From IMG/VR virus record IMGVR_UViG_3300025648_000013: a stretch of 64,000 bases of DNA; one strand, given 5' to 3'. Source of the DNA: a virus. Below, in pieces: positions 44,858-56,000 of the stretch. A model generated the notes under the pieces. That model searched no databases. It had not been told where the DNA came from and saw nothing but the letters and a program-made list of their open reading frames with translations. A program made the translations under genes and the position numbers. The first letter of the stretch is position 1. The number at the start of each line of letters is the position of its first letter.

Positions 44858-44902
44858 TTTTTCTCTATAAATAGTTTGTGCATCGTATTTATAGGGAACG
44901 AA

Positions 44903-46231
44903 ATGGCCGATACATCAAACTATCAATCATTTGCAAACATTACGGCAGTTCCACAAGGTCTTGTTCCAAGTGCAGGCAATGGCATCAGCCCAGGCGGTGT
45001 TCCTAGTACAACTCAGTATTCGATGGCGGCTGCTGGTGTTGTTATGAATAGTGTCAGCAATATATCTTCTCCTATTTCAGATGCGGCTTTATCTGGAAGT
45101 GCTACATTCAACCCATCTACAAACCCATTAGATACGGGCGACAATAGCAACTCTAATCCTGCACAAAAAACAGCAACTACACAACAAGCTACTTCTGGTG
45201 CTTATGCGATTTCTTATCCTGGAGATTTGCCAAAATATTATATGACACTTGGCGTCTATGATTATGTTCGACAAAAACCTTTAGAATCTACATTGGTAAC
45301 TCCAAAGTACACTATTGCTTTGCCTCTTCCTGATGGTGAAGGACTAACAGACAATACAAGTACACAGTGGAATGATAGTTCTTTGGGTCATTGGGGTAAT
45401 GCTCTAGAAAACTCAAACGCAATACAAAGTGTTTTAAGGAACTTTCTTGGCAACAAAAACGCTTCTGCGCCAGATAATGACTCAGCAAAAACCATGATAT
45501 CCGATTTAGGAGGTGATGCTCTATTATACATCGCAGATAGTTTTGCTAAAAATGCTTCTGCTGAAATGGCTGGCACAATAGAATCTGCAACTGGTTTGGC
45601 ACCAAACCCAGCACTTGCTATGACGTTCAAGCAAGTTGATTTCAGAAAGTTTCAGTTTTCTTGGCTACTGTCTGCTAGAAATAATGCAGAAACAGATATT
45701 ATCAAAAATATTGTTGTTGCCCTAAAACAAGCACAGTTGCCAAACTTTACTAAAGGGTCAAGTCTGATCTTTCAGTATCCAAATATCGTTCAGCCTGCCT
45801 TTTTTCCTAAAAATGCACAGAACTATATGACAGACTTCAAGCCTTGTGTTATCACTGCGGTTAATGTTAGATATTCGCCTGCCTCCAAATCACCTTCATT
45901 TTATAGCACTACAGGAGCACCTGTGTTTGTGGAGTTGTCTATCGCATTAGAAGAAATGCAGATCAGATTGCCAGGCGATTACCAGCTGGTAAACCAGTCT
46001 AACACAAGTCCAGTAACAGCTAAAGCAAGTCAAGGTGCGCAGACAGGGCTTGAAATACTAGGCATATCAGCAAGAGGCATTACGCCACCAACATCGGGCA
46101 ATAAAAACACAAAACCAACAGATCCTGGTGCATCTGACGCGCAACAGCCAGGAATGACTTCTGCACATCAAGCGGCAGAGGCTGCCCGCGCCAAAGGACA
46201 GAGTGGTTATGAACCTGTACATGGTGGTTAA
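44903..46231 (+). CDS. gp48: baseplate tail-tube cap
   Basis: IALPLP, NP.....F....FRKFQFSW, FKPCVIT.V.V.Y, L...E. Confidence 0.75.
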   Translation: MADTSNYQSFANITAVPQGLVPSAGNGISPGGVPSTTQYSMAAAGVVMNSVSNISSPISDAALSGSATFNPSTNPLDTGDNSNSNPAQKTATTQQATSGAYAISYPGDLPKYYMTLGVYDYVRQKPLESTLVTPKYTIALPLPDGEGLTDNTSTQWNDSSLGHWGNALENSNAIQSVLRNFLGNKNASAPDNDSAKTMISDLGGDALLYIADSFAKNASAEMAGTIESATGLAPNPALAMTFKQVDFRKFQFSWLLSARNNAETDIIKNIVVALKQAQLPNFTKGSSLIFQYPNIVQPAFFPKNAQNYMTDFKPCVITAVNVRYSPASKSPSFYSTTGAPVFVELSIALEEMQIRLPGDYQLVNQSNTSPVTAKASQGAQTGLEILGISARGITPPTSGNKNTKPTDPGASDAQQPGMTSAHQAAEAARAKGQSGYEPVHGG

Positions 46232-46289
46232 ATGACAAAAATGAAAACGATTAATAAAATAACAAGCAAACGCATTTTAAGAGCCAAAC

Positions 46290-47237
46290 ATGACACAATA
46301 CTTTAAGAAGTTTCCCGTAATCAACTACAATGGTAGCCCAGCTATCAACTTGATGTCGCGTGTCAACATGTCCAAGCTAGCCTTAGACAACCTACAGTCA
46401 TATTATGATTATACCATTCCAGACAACACAAGACCAGACAATCTATCTTATGATTACTATGGCGATCCAGATTATGTATGGCTAATCTCTTTAGCAAATC
46501 AGATCACAGATCCATATTATGACTTTCCTCTCACTGATACAAACTTAAATCAGTTTATCATTCAAAAATATGGTTCGGTCAGCTTCGCGCAAAGTTACAT
46601 TCAATACTTCCAGACAAACTGGGCAACAGATAGTTCTATCATATCACCCACAGAGTTTAACTTGTTGTCGACAAGTTTTCAGAAATACTGGTCACCAAAC
46701 TTAGATTATAACAACAACATCTACGAGTATGTGCGCAAACAAGAAGATTGGATTGTATCAACAAACATGATCCAACAGCTTCAGGTTTCTTATTCAAATG
46801 AAATAACCACAGAAGGTGGATTGGTCATTGACACAGAGAGTGGATATGACATGACAGGACCAGAAGGCGTTAACACTATTTCATTCAACGTGGGTGAGAC
46901 TGTTCAGCAGAATGGTTACACAATAGGTACCGTTGTATATGCCAATACTTCAGAGATGACAATCCAACACATCTCTGGTCAAGTAGTGGGCAACACTTCT
47001 ATCTATGGTGCAACAACTGGACCAATCACAGGGTTCTACTCAAACGCATCTGCAACTGTTTCTTCAGTTACAACAGTTGCAACAAATATTCCAACAAATG
47101 AATGGTATTATTGGACACCAGTAACCGCATATGATGTTGAGACTTCGAAGAACACATCAAACAAGAGCATCAATCTTCTAGACAATAGATATGCAATCCA
47201 AGCAACACAACAACTTAAAGACCTATTGCTGACATAA
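46290..47237 (+). CDS. gp53: baseplate wedge subunit
   Basis: YF.KFP.I.Y, RPD.LS..YYGD....W....N.I.DPYYD.P. Confidence 0.85.
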   Translation: MTQYFKKFPVINYNGSPAINLMSRVNMSKLALDNLQSYYDYTIPDNTRPDNLSYDYYGDPDYVWLISLANQITDPYYDFPLTDTNLNQFIIQKYGSVSFAQSYIQYFQTNWATDSSIISPTEFNLLSTSFQKYWSPNLDYNNNIYEYVRKQEDWIVSTNMIQQLQVSYSNEITTEGGLVIDTESGYDMTGPEGVNTISFNVGETVQQNGYTIGTVVYANTSEMTIQHISGQVVGNTSIYGATTGPITGFYSNASATVSSVTTVATNIPTNEWYYWTPVTAYDVETSKNTSNKSINLLDNRYAIQATQQLKDLLLT

Positions 47238-48493
47238 TGACACAACAATATACAAAACCAGATTCGGTACAAATCAATAAAGTCATGCTCTCATCGGTGA
47301 GTGGGAGCAAGCAGTCTATTGATATTACACAGTATGTTGTTTCTATTGACATCTATGAAGATATGATGTTTCCATGTATGCGCGCTGATATTCTATTCAT
47401 CGATTCGGTGGACATCATTACATCTTATCCGATCATTGGTGAAGAACTCATTGAAGTATCATTTCAAAACCCTGGAGTTGATACAATATTCGACCACACC
47501 TTTCAAGTTGTAAGACAAGGTGGTCATATGTTCAATCAGACAGGTACTTCAAGAACGTATGCTGTTCATTGTATTAGCCCAGAGTTTGTCACAAACACTT
47601 CACAATATATTAGTGAAAAGCAAACGGGCACGATTGATTCTATTATCGATAATATTCTGAAGAAACATCTGAATACCAAAAAGAAGTTCACCACAGAGCC
47701 TACTAAGGGTTCTCAGACAAATCTAATCAGCCGACTAAGGCCATTCCAAGCGATTGACTTTCACAGAAAGCGTGCAGTCTCACAGCAGTACGCTTCGTCT
47801 TCATATTGTTTTTTTGAAAATCAAGATGGGTTCAATCTACTGTCCATGGAATATTGCTTAGATCGTGGTCAAAACAACATTAGAGCATCGTTCATCTATG
47901 ACAAGACACAGACCACAGATTCGTTAAAGAACAACTATCGCAGTCTTCTGGATATTCAGCAAGTGACATTGGTAGACAATACCAAGAAGCACACTCAAGG
48001 TTCATTGAATAACACAGTTCGCAGGTTTGATTTACTTACAGGTAAAGTGCAGACAACAAACTATGTAAATATTCAGCAACAAAACAAGTTCAAATTTGCT
48101 TCCAAAAAGCCTATTGCATTGAACACTTCTACATATGAACAGAAGTATGGTAACACGGCTGCGACCACATTACTTGTACCACATAGCAGTGAATATGCAG
48201 AAAACTATATTGATACATCAATAGGTCCAAAGCATTCATTTGTTACCAAAATGGGGCAGAATATATATCAGATGTATATCAATGGTGATGTGACAATCAG
48301 AGCAGGTGATGTTATTACGGTGAATGTGCCAAATACAACTGGCGATACTTCACCAACATCAGACAATAGATTATATGCAGGCAACTATCTTGTAAAGAGC
48401 CTTAGACATATTATTTTGAATACACCATTATCTGGCCAATCGTATACCATGTCAATGGAACTTGTGAAGGGGTTTTACGAAGATTATGCATAA
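47237..48493 (+). CDS. baseplate hub (gp27-like) protein
   Basis: IYED, PIIGEE, FFEN.DGF, G.YL...LRH; lies between gp53 and gp5. Confidence 0.7.
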   Translation: MTQQYTKPDSVQINKVMLSSVSGSKQSIDITQYVVSIDIYEDMMFPCMRADILFIDSVDIITSYPIIGEELIEVSFQNPGVDTIFDHTFQVVRQGGHMFNQTGTSRTYAVHCISPEFVTNTSQYISEKQTGTIDSIIDNILKKHLNTKKKFTTEPTKGSQTNLISRLRPFQAIDFHRKRAVSQQYASSSYCFFENQDGFNLLSMEYCLDRGQNNIRASFIYDKTQTTDSLKNNYRSLLDIQQVTLVDNTKKHTQGSLNNTVRRFDLLTGKVQTTNYVNIQQQNKFKFASKKPIALNTSTYEQKYGNTAATTLLVPHSSEYAENYIDTSIGPKHSFVTKMGQNIYQMYINGDVTIRAGDVITVNVPNTTGDTSPTSDNRLYAGNYLVKSLRHIILNTPLSGQSYTMSMELVKGFYEDYA

Positions 48494-49326
48494 TGACCAC
48501 AACTAGAATGGGCGAGAATGGAATGCGTTGGTGGCATGGCGTCGTTGAAGATATCAACGATCCAAAGCAACTTGGGCGCGTTCGTGTTCGTATTACCAAT
48601 GAGCATGATGATCCCAAGATCAAAACAGCAGACTTGCTTTGGGCTACTCCTATTCAGTCTCCCACTTCAGCCGCGAATGCTGGTGTCGGTCAAGCACCTG
48701 TTGGTATGGTCAATGGTACACACGTATTTGGTTTTCATTTAGACGGCAATGAAAAGCAGCTTCCGATGATCTGGGGCACATATGCTAAACTACCAGACGG
48801 CACACAAGCGACAAATGACGTGCCTGGTCTTGCTCGTGGTATCAACACACTTAACATACATAAGTTTGGCACAGAACCAGGCTCAGCATATGCAGCAAAG
48901 TATCCGTACAATCAAGTGACAGTCACACGATCTGGTCATGTTATAGAATATGACGATACTCCTGGTCACGAAAGAATCCGCGTATTTCATAAATCAGGCA
49001 CATACACTGAAATAAATAGTGCAGGACAAAGTGTTTCCAAGATTGTTGATGATGGATGGGAAATCATAGTCAAGAATAAACATGTTTTTGTTGGAGGCGA
49101 CACTACAGTTATTGTAACTGGAAACTGCAACATGATTGCTAATAGTATTACAATGACATCTGCAACAGACATTTCAATGTATGCTCCAGGTGGATTGCAT
49201 GTTCTAGGTTCTGGTATAACTACAAGCGGCGCCATTGTTTCTGATTTATACCCATCAGGAACATTCACAACACCGACAGGCGATAACGTATATTTTGATA
49301 GTGGTATTATTACAGGAATAGATTAA
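48493..49326 (+). CDS. gp5: baseplate spike (OB fold plus beta-helix, no lysozyme domain)
   Basis: W.GVVED..DP..LGRVRVR, YPYN.V..T.SGH..EYDDTPG.ERI...HK.GT. Confidence 0.9.
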   Translation: MTTTRMGENGMRWWHGVVEDINDPKQLGRVRVRITNEHDDPKIKTADLLWATPIQSPTSAANAGVGQAPVGMVNGTHVFGFHLDGNEKQLPMIWGTYAKLPDGTQATNDVPGLARGINTLNIHKFGTEPGSAYAAKYPYNQVTVTRSGHVIEYDDTPGHERIRVFHKSGTYTEINSAGQSVSKIVDDGWEIIVKNKHVFVGGDTTVIVTGNCNMIANSITMTSATDISMYAPGGLHVLGSGITTSGAIVSDLYPSGTFTTPTGDNVYFDSGIITGID

Positions 49327-49328
49327 TC

Positions 49329-50789
49329 ATGGCATCAACTCCACCAGTAACTACATCAAATCTTACGGATTCGATAACAGCACTAAATGCTGCTGCTCCT
49401 TTGGCTATTAATATTCCTCCATTTAGTCAAAGCGAAATTGACTTGATTAATGCATCTGTGAAGACTTCTTTACAGATTGCCAAGATCAATAGTGACATTC
49501 AAGACATCGATGTTAATATTGAACATATCAACAAACTCACTGCACAGATTCAATATACAACGAATTGTGATAACTTACAGAAGATTGTAAAGCGTAATCT
49601 GGCAGGCATTGAATCAAAAGCTAAAAAAGCAATACAACATGAACTGGATCTTGTAAAGCAATATCTTCCCATTTCTAGTTTACCTTCACCTAATCCTGTA
49701 TCTATTGTTAACTGGTTGGGAAAATTGATATTTGGTACAATATCACCACAACTTGAAGCACAGATCAAGTATACACTTGCTATTGGCAAACTTGGATTTG
49801 CAGTAGAGAAACTAGTAGTTGCCGTTGAGGCGGCAGCGCCTAGACTTGAAGCATGTGCTATTCAGACTTTACAGCAACTACAGAACGAGATTCTAAATCT
49901 AGAAAATCAAGCAATATCTGCCGCAACTAAACCAATCAATACAGTTATAAATAACATTGATACGGCGGTATCTCAGTTGCAAAATGCTGCTATTAGCACA
50001 GTTACAGGTGCTTTAGGCAATAATAATATTGTGACAAATACACTTGTCAGTCAAATCAATGCAGTATCAAAAGCAGTTGATATTACAACAGGTACTGCTG
50101 CATTAAGTGTTGTTAATGGCATACAATCAACAGTTTCATCTGCCGCTGCTCCTGCTCTACAAAGAGTAAGCCAGATGCAACAACAAGTCACAACATTATT
50201 AGGATCATCTGGCTCAAATGGATATCCTATATACGACACTTCAAACACTGCGAACTTCTTAACTAGCGCGATTGCTATTGGAAACACACACGCAGAGTTT
50301 TTGCAAAATTACGTATCAAACGTGACAATAACATCTTCTCCATTTACTGGCACCGTGACTTCTGGCAATAATCAGATTATACACTATGATGTAAACACGG
50401 CCGTATCAATCGGTCAAGTGTTGGTTGCAGCCGATGGATCTATTCCAGCAAATACAACAGCAGTGTCTATAAGTAATACGCCTGGTTCATTCTCTGCAAC
50501 TATCAGTACATCACAGTCCTCTGTCTTAACGATGTCGCCTATAGATAGTAATGTTGTGATTGGTTTGGCATTGACATCAACTGATCCCGCATTTGCTAAT
50601 GGTTGTACAGTTACGAACGTATATAACAATCTAGTTACTGTTTCTGCTCCTTATTTAGGAACAACACCAAACACGATTACTTTAAACTATATTGTAAATG
50701 CTATTATTATGTCTAATAATGCTACATCATCAAATACAAGTGCAAGTATTACATTCAATCAAATACCAATTCCCGTAGCAGGAACATAA
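49329..50789 (+). CDS. hypothetical baseplate-associated protein
   Basis: Helical N-terminal half and beta-rich C-terminal half; between gp5 and gp25. Confidence 0.55.
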   Translation: MASTPPVTTSNLTDSITALNAAAPLAINIPPFSQSEIDLINASVKTSLQIAKINSDIQDIDVNIEHINKLTAQIQYTTNCDNLQKIVKRNLAGIESKAKKAIQHELDLVKQYLPISSLPSPNPVSIVNWLGKLIFGTISPQLEAQIKYTLAIGKLGFAVEKLVVAVEAAAPRLEACAIQTLQQLQNEILNLENQAISAATKPINTVINNIDTAVSQLQNAAISTVTGALGNNNIVTNTLVSQINAVSKAVDITTGTAALSVVNGIQSTVSSAAAPALQRVSQMQQQVTTLLGSSGSNGYPIYDTSNTANFLTSAIAIGNTHAEFLQNYVSNVTITSSPFTGTVTSGNNQIIHYDVNTAVSIGQVLVAADGSIPANTTAVSISNTPGSFSATISTSQSSVLTMSPIDSNVVIGLALTSTDPAFANGCTVTNVYNNLVTVSAPYLGTTPNTITLNYIVNAIIMSNNATSSNTSASITFNQIPIPVAGT

Positions 50790-50790
50790 T

Positions 50791-51222
50791 ATGGCACAGT
50801 CATCGTTTAACCAAGACAAGTTCACACCGACTACCAAGCAATCACTTCTCTTTAGTGACATGTTTGATAGCTTTCTGGTACATCCAGAGTTGCACGATCT
50901 TGTGTTAAGAAAAAACGAAGACTCTGTAAAACAATCTGTGATGAACATCATCTTGACTAACAAATATGAAAGACCGTTCAATCAACACTTTGGTTCGAAC
51001 ATTCAGAACTTTCTATTTGAGCCAATGACATCATTTACCCAGAATAACATTCAAACAGAAATCATGAATGCTATTAACAACTTCGAACCTAGAGCGCAAC
51101 AAGTCAGTGTCGATGTTACACCAGATGAAGAGAACAATGCGTATAACATTAGCGTCTCATTTTACATGATAAATAGTTCAGCACCCGTTTATCTTTCGAC
51201 CATATTATACAGAGTACGCTAA
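50791..51222 (+). CDS. gp25: baseplate wedge subunit
   Basis: SV.NII.T..YERPF...FGS.....LFE, FEPR. Confidence 0.9.
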   Translation: MAQSSFNQDKFTPTTKQSLLFSDMFDSFLVHPELHDLVLRKNEDSVKQSVMNIILTNKYERPFNQHFGSNIQNFLFEPMTSFTQNNIQTEIMNAINNFEPRAQQVSVDVTPDEENNAYNISVSFYMINSSAPVYLSTILYRVR

Positions 51223-53009
51223 TGGCAAATACCAATATCACGTTGACATCTCTGGACTTTGCGGACTACAAGAATAGTCTCAAAACTTTTCTACAGTCTC
51301 AGTCTCAGTTCCAAGATTATAACTTTGATGGTTCAAATCTCAGCGCAATCTTAGACCTATTGTCATACAACACATATATGAATGCGTTCTATATGAACAT
51401 GGTCGCATCTGAAATGTTTCTGGACACAGCACAGCAACGCGACTCGGTCGTTCTTCGTGCAAAAGAACTCAACTACGTACCACGTTCTTTCAGATCATCA
51501 TATGCTCTGGTTGATCTAGTTGTTGCAAATGTTAATCCATCTATTGTTTTGCTAACTATTCCATCAGGCACATCGTTTACTGGCAGAGCAGGCACAAACA
51601 ACTACACATTCTCGACTAATCAAACAATCGTAGTGCAAGCCAATACAGATGGCAATTTCTATGCATCAAACGTTGCGATCTATGAAGGCACTTCGGTAAC
51701 AGATACATTTACTGTACAGCCTGCATCCAATACAGATGTTCAACAGTTCACACTATCAAACCCAACTATTGATACCACATCACTATCTGTTGTGAGTATT
51801 GAGAATGGTGGTGCTAATGTTATTCCATATATACTTTCAACGACATTGCTTGATTTGACAACGAACTCAAATGTTTACTTTCTACAAGGTGCAGACAATA
51901 GTCAATATCAAATCATCTTTGGAGACAATGTTGTTGGGCGCAGACCAGCAGACCAAGCGATTGTTGCGGCCACATATCTCGTCACAAATGGTCAGTTACC
52001 AAATGGCATTGCATCATTTACTCCAAACGGCACACTAGGCAGTTCATCGAATATCACGGTGAACACAGTATCGCCAGCACAAGGCGGTGACATTGGCGAA
52101 GACATCAACTCGATTCGTTTCAATGCTCCACGCTACTTTGCAACACAAGATCGCGCAGTTACGACATCTGATTATGAAACTCTTCTCACTGTAACTTATC
52201 CAGAGATTCAAGCAATCTCAGTATATGGTGGAGAGACAACATCACCACCACAATACGGCAAAGTGTTCATCTCATTGAAGCTATATAACTTTGATAATAT
52301 TCCACAAGATAAAGTCACAGAATATTCACAGTTCCTTGCAACTCGTGCGCCATTGACTATTGTTCCTGTGTTCGTTGAACCAGACTACACGTATGCTTCT
52401 GTTGCTACCACTGTCAAGTACAATATCAATCAGACAACACTACAGCCAGCAGATATCTCTACATTCGTTACATCTGCTATTCAGACTTACAATCTACAGT
52501 ACCTTGACAACTTTGCATCAACTCTACTATATTCGCGTCTGGTAGAAGCAATCGATTCTGCACATCCAAGCATCATTTCAAATCAGACAGAATATTCTGT
52601 TATGAAGAAACTATTGCCAACATCTGCAACACAGAACTATACATTAACGTATAACATGCCATTCAACACTGAAGGTCAATCAGGAACTACTGTAACCACC
52701 ACACAGTATATTGTTGATGGTGTTTATTATACCATTGAAGACACAGGCGCTTCATTTAATACCATTACACAAACATACACAGGCAATCTGATCGTATCTG
52801 GTCAGCCATCGAATGTTGTTGGTACTGTTGACTTCACTAACGGTGTCATTACACTAACCAACTTCTTTGTTGACTCATATGTAGGTGATGCTATTCGTTT
52901 CTATTGTCAGTTGCCAGAAAATGTCAAAGATGTTTCAACATCACAGAATGTTATCTTTGAGATTCCAAATGACGAAATCATTGTCAACGTCCAAATCGTA
53001 AGGCAGTAA
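51222..53009 (+). CDS. gp6: baseplate wedge subunit
   Basis: LDF...K..L..FL..Q..F.DYNFDGS, FLDTA..R.SV, Q.RAVT..DY. Confidence 0.9.
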   Translation: MANTNITLTSLDFADYKNSLKTFLQSQSQFQDYNFDGSNLSAILDLLSYNTYMNAFYMNMVASEMFLDTAQQRDSVVLRAKELNYVPRSFRSSYALVDLVVANVNPSIVLLTIPSGTSFTGRAGTNNYTFSTNQTIVVQANTDGNFYASNVAIYEGTSVTDTFTVQPASNTDVQQFTLSNPTIDTTSLSVVSIENGGANVIPYILSTTLLDLTTNSNVYFLQGADNSQYQIIFGDNVVGRRPADQAIVAATYLVTNGQLPNGIASFTPNGTLGSSSNITVNTVSPAQGGDIGEDINSIRFNAPRYFATQDRAVTTSDYETLLTVTYPEIQAISVYGGETTSPPQYGKVFISLKLYNFDNIPQDKVTEYSQFLATRAPLTIVPVFVEPDYTYASVATTVKYNINQTTLQPADISTFVTSAIQTYNLQYLDNFASTLLYSRLVEAIDSAHPSIISNQTEYSVMKKLLPTSATQNYTLTYNMPFNTEGQSGTTVTTTQYIVDGVYYTIEDTGASFNTITQTYTGNLIVSGQPSNVVGTVDFTNGVITLTNFFVDSYVGDAIRFYCQLPENVKDVSTSQNVIFEIPNDEIIVNVQIVRQ

Positions 53010-53010
53010 G

Positions 53011-56000
53011 TTGAGCCAAGTCGAACAAACTATATCGAATCTGATTCCTAGTCAGTTCCCTTCATTCTATAATGAACAGGGACCTAATCTGATTGCATTC
53101 ATTCAAGCATATTATGAATGGATGGAACAGTCATATGATGTGGTACAACTAACTGTCATTGATTCGACCACACAGTTTGCTAATAACGAAGTTGTATACC
53201 AATCAGACTCAACAAGTAATATCATATCATCTGGCACAGTTGTGAGTATATCAGGTTCCACTATCACTGTCAAGAACATTTCTGGTACTTTTTTATCTAA
53301 TACACAAATATATGGTGCAGCGTCAGGTGCTGTTGGTTCTGTAGCTGTCGCTGGTGCGCCTGTGCTGCTTGGTAATCCTATCTATATGGCTAGACAGCTA
53401 ATGTCTTATGCTGACGTGGACACCACTCTGGATGACTTCCTGGTGTATTTTACCGACACATATCTAAGTGGCATCCAGTACACATCACTGGCAGACAAAA
53501 GACTTACCGTAAAGAAAGTCCTTGATCTATACAGAGCAAAGGGTAACATTCGCGGGCTAAAGCTTTTGTTCAATCTGGTGTTTGGTGAAGATATCACTGT
53601 TTATCTACCAGGAGAAGATATTTTCACAACATCTTCTGGCACATGGATTGTTCCACAGTATCTAGAAGTCACTGCATCACCACGTAACGCAAGCTTTGTT
53701 GGCAAGACTGTAACTGGTGTTTCGTCTGGTGCAACTGCATTCGTTGATCATATTGTCAAACGCAAGATCGGCGCACAGCTAATCAATCTATTTTATATCA
53801 CAAATGTTTCTGAAAAGAACTTTCAGACTGGTGAACTACTCAGTTATGATAACGATCTAACCAACGTTCCTTTTGTCCTTGGTTCACTCAGCGAACTTAT
53901 CGTGCAAGAAGGCGGATATGGTTTCAATGTTGGTGATATTGTTCCACTTAATGGCCAGTTCGGGGCACAGGGCACAGGTCGTGTTACTGGTATTTCAGAC
54001 GTAACTGGTATCGTTAGTTTCATAAGAAATAATGGTGGCTGGGGATATGCAAATAATGCAAATATTTTAATATCAAACACTGTCATTGGTCTGTCGAACG
54101 TTCACACAACACTACCTACAAGTCAGGCGCCATTTGAAAAGTTTTCTAACGTAACTTTTGTTAATCCATCAAATCTGTCTGCAAATCTATATGCAAACTC
54201 TTTTGCTTATGGTGCAAATGCTGCTGTTGCTGTTTATGGTGTTACTGGATCATTTACAACAGGCGAGAAAGTTACTACATCAGATGACATTACAGCGAAT
54301 GTAATCACATATTCATCAAATACTCTTGTTGTTACTGGATTATCAAATAGCTATTTTGGTACTGGTGTTACAGTAACAGGTCAAACATCTGGCGCCACTG
54401 CTACAGTAAACAACTTCACCACAGAGATTGGTGTTATTGGATTGACTGGCGCGCTCACAAACGCATACACATATGTTGTAGCGAACTATCCACGATACTT
54501 GACAGTTACAAGCAACACTGCTGCATTTGTTCCTGGTGAACTAATCTATCAAAGTAATGGTAGCGCGAACGTTGCCACAGGTATTCTATTAGCAGCAAAC
54601 TCCTCGCAGTTGACATTGAACGTATCAAACGGTGCGTTCGTCACTACGTATCAAGTAGAAGGCAATGTGTCTAGCGCAAATGCTGTTATTTCTGCTGTCT
54701 CTGCTGCACAGAACGTTTCGGCCAATATCATCAGCATTTCAACTGGCACTTATGCGAACATGGTGTTGGGAGTAATCAACTCATCTGAAACGATCTTTGA
54801 TTACGCTGATATGATTGATGGATATAATAGTAACGGTCAGTTATATCTTTCATTATCATTAAATGCTATTAGTTATGGATTCCCTAAGTTTCCATCGGCA
54901 AACTTGACTGTTGGTTATTTAAATGATATTCTATCGTTCAGCGTTCTACAAGTTGGCGAGATTGAATCTATTTTACAGACAAATCCTGGTGAAAACTATA
55001 ATCATTCACCATATGTCGAAATCTATCAGCCATATGTGGCGGCACTCAACAAACAAGATTATGTAATCACTATTGCAAACCCTAACGGTTCTTTTCTCTT
55101 AAATGAAGAAGTCACGCAGAATGTTGCAACAAATAATGCCATAACTGTAAATCTCACCACAAAGCCTTCATTTACTGCTGGTGAGTCTGTATATCAAGTA
55201 AACAGTACACCTGCTGGCACATATCTTGCAAATAGCGTTAGTTCTATTCTGTTGGCCAATACAGGTGCACCAAACTTTACTTCTACCTTTGCTGCGAATA
55301 ACTATATTCTAATCGGCGGTAAAGACTTACGATTTGTCACTAGTGTTATCAACTCAACGGCATTACAACTAGCATCAGCACCAAGCACCGAGAATGTCGC
55401 ATCTTCTGTGTCTATTCTATCTTCTATTGGTGTGGTATCGAATATTCCACAAGCGAATATTCTTTATGTCTCTAGCCCTATTAATACCGCCAACGTTTCG
55501 AATACAACAACATTTGTGGCTTCACAGAATGTTTTCGGATTAACGTCACTCGCAACATCAAATGTAAGTTCAGTCGGTCTTACATCATATGGCACAGCGA
55601 TTGGTAAAGTTCTATCTGTAAATAATAATGTGATGAGTGTTCGTCGTTGGTCTGTCAATCAAGATTTTAGTGTAACTGGAAACAATATTGTTGGTGTACA
55701 GAGTGGTACTTCCGCAAATGTTGTTTATGTCGCCGCAAACACAATATCAAGCTATGCAGGCGATAATGCAAATGTAACGGCAAACGTTGTTACAGAAACA
55801 GGTACTGTCACATCACTTGCCGTTCAAACATCTGGTATTGGTTATGTCAACGCTGAAACTGTTACATTCTCTTCAAATGATGGAACAAGAACTGGTACAG
55901 CTATTGTCAATCTAGGCAAACAAGGTGTTGGCGTTGGGTTCTACACATCGACAAAGGGCTTTTTGTCTGCTGATAAGTATCTACAAGACGGTGAATATTA

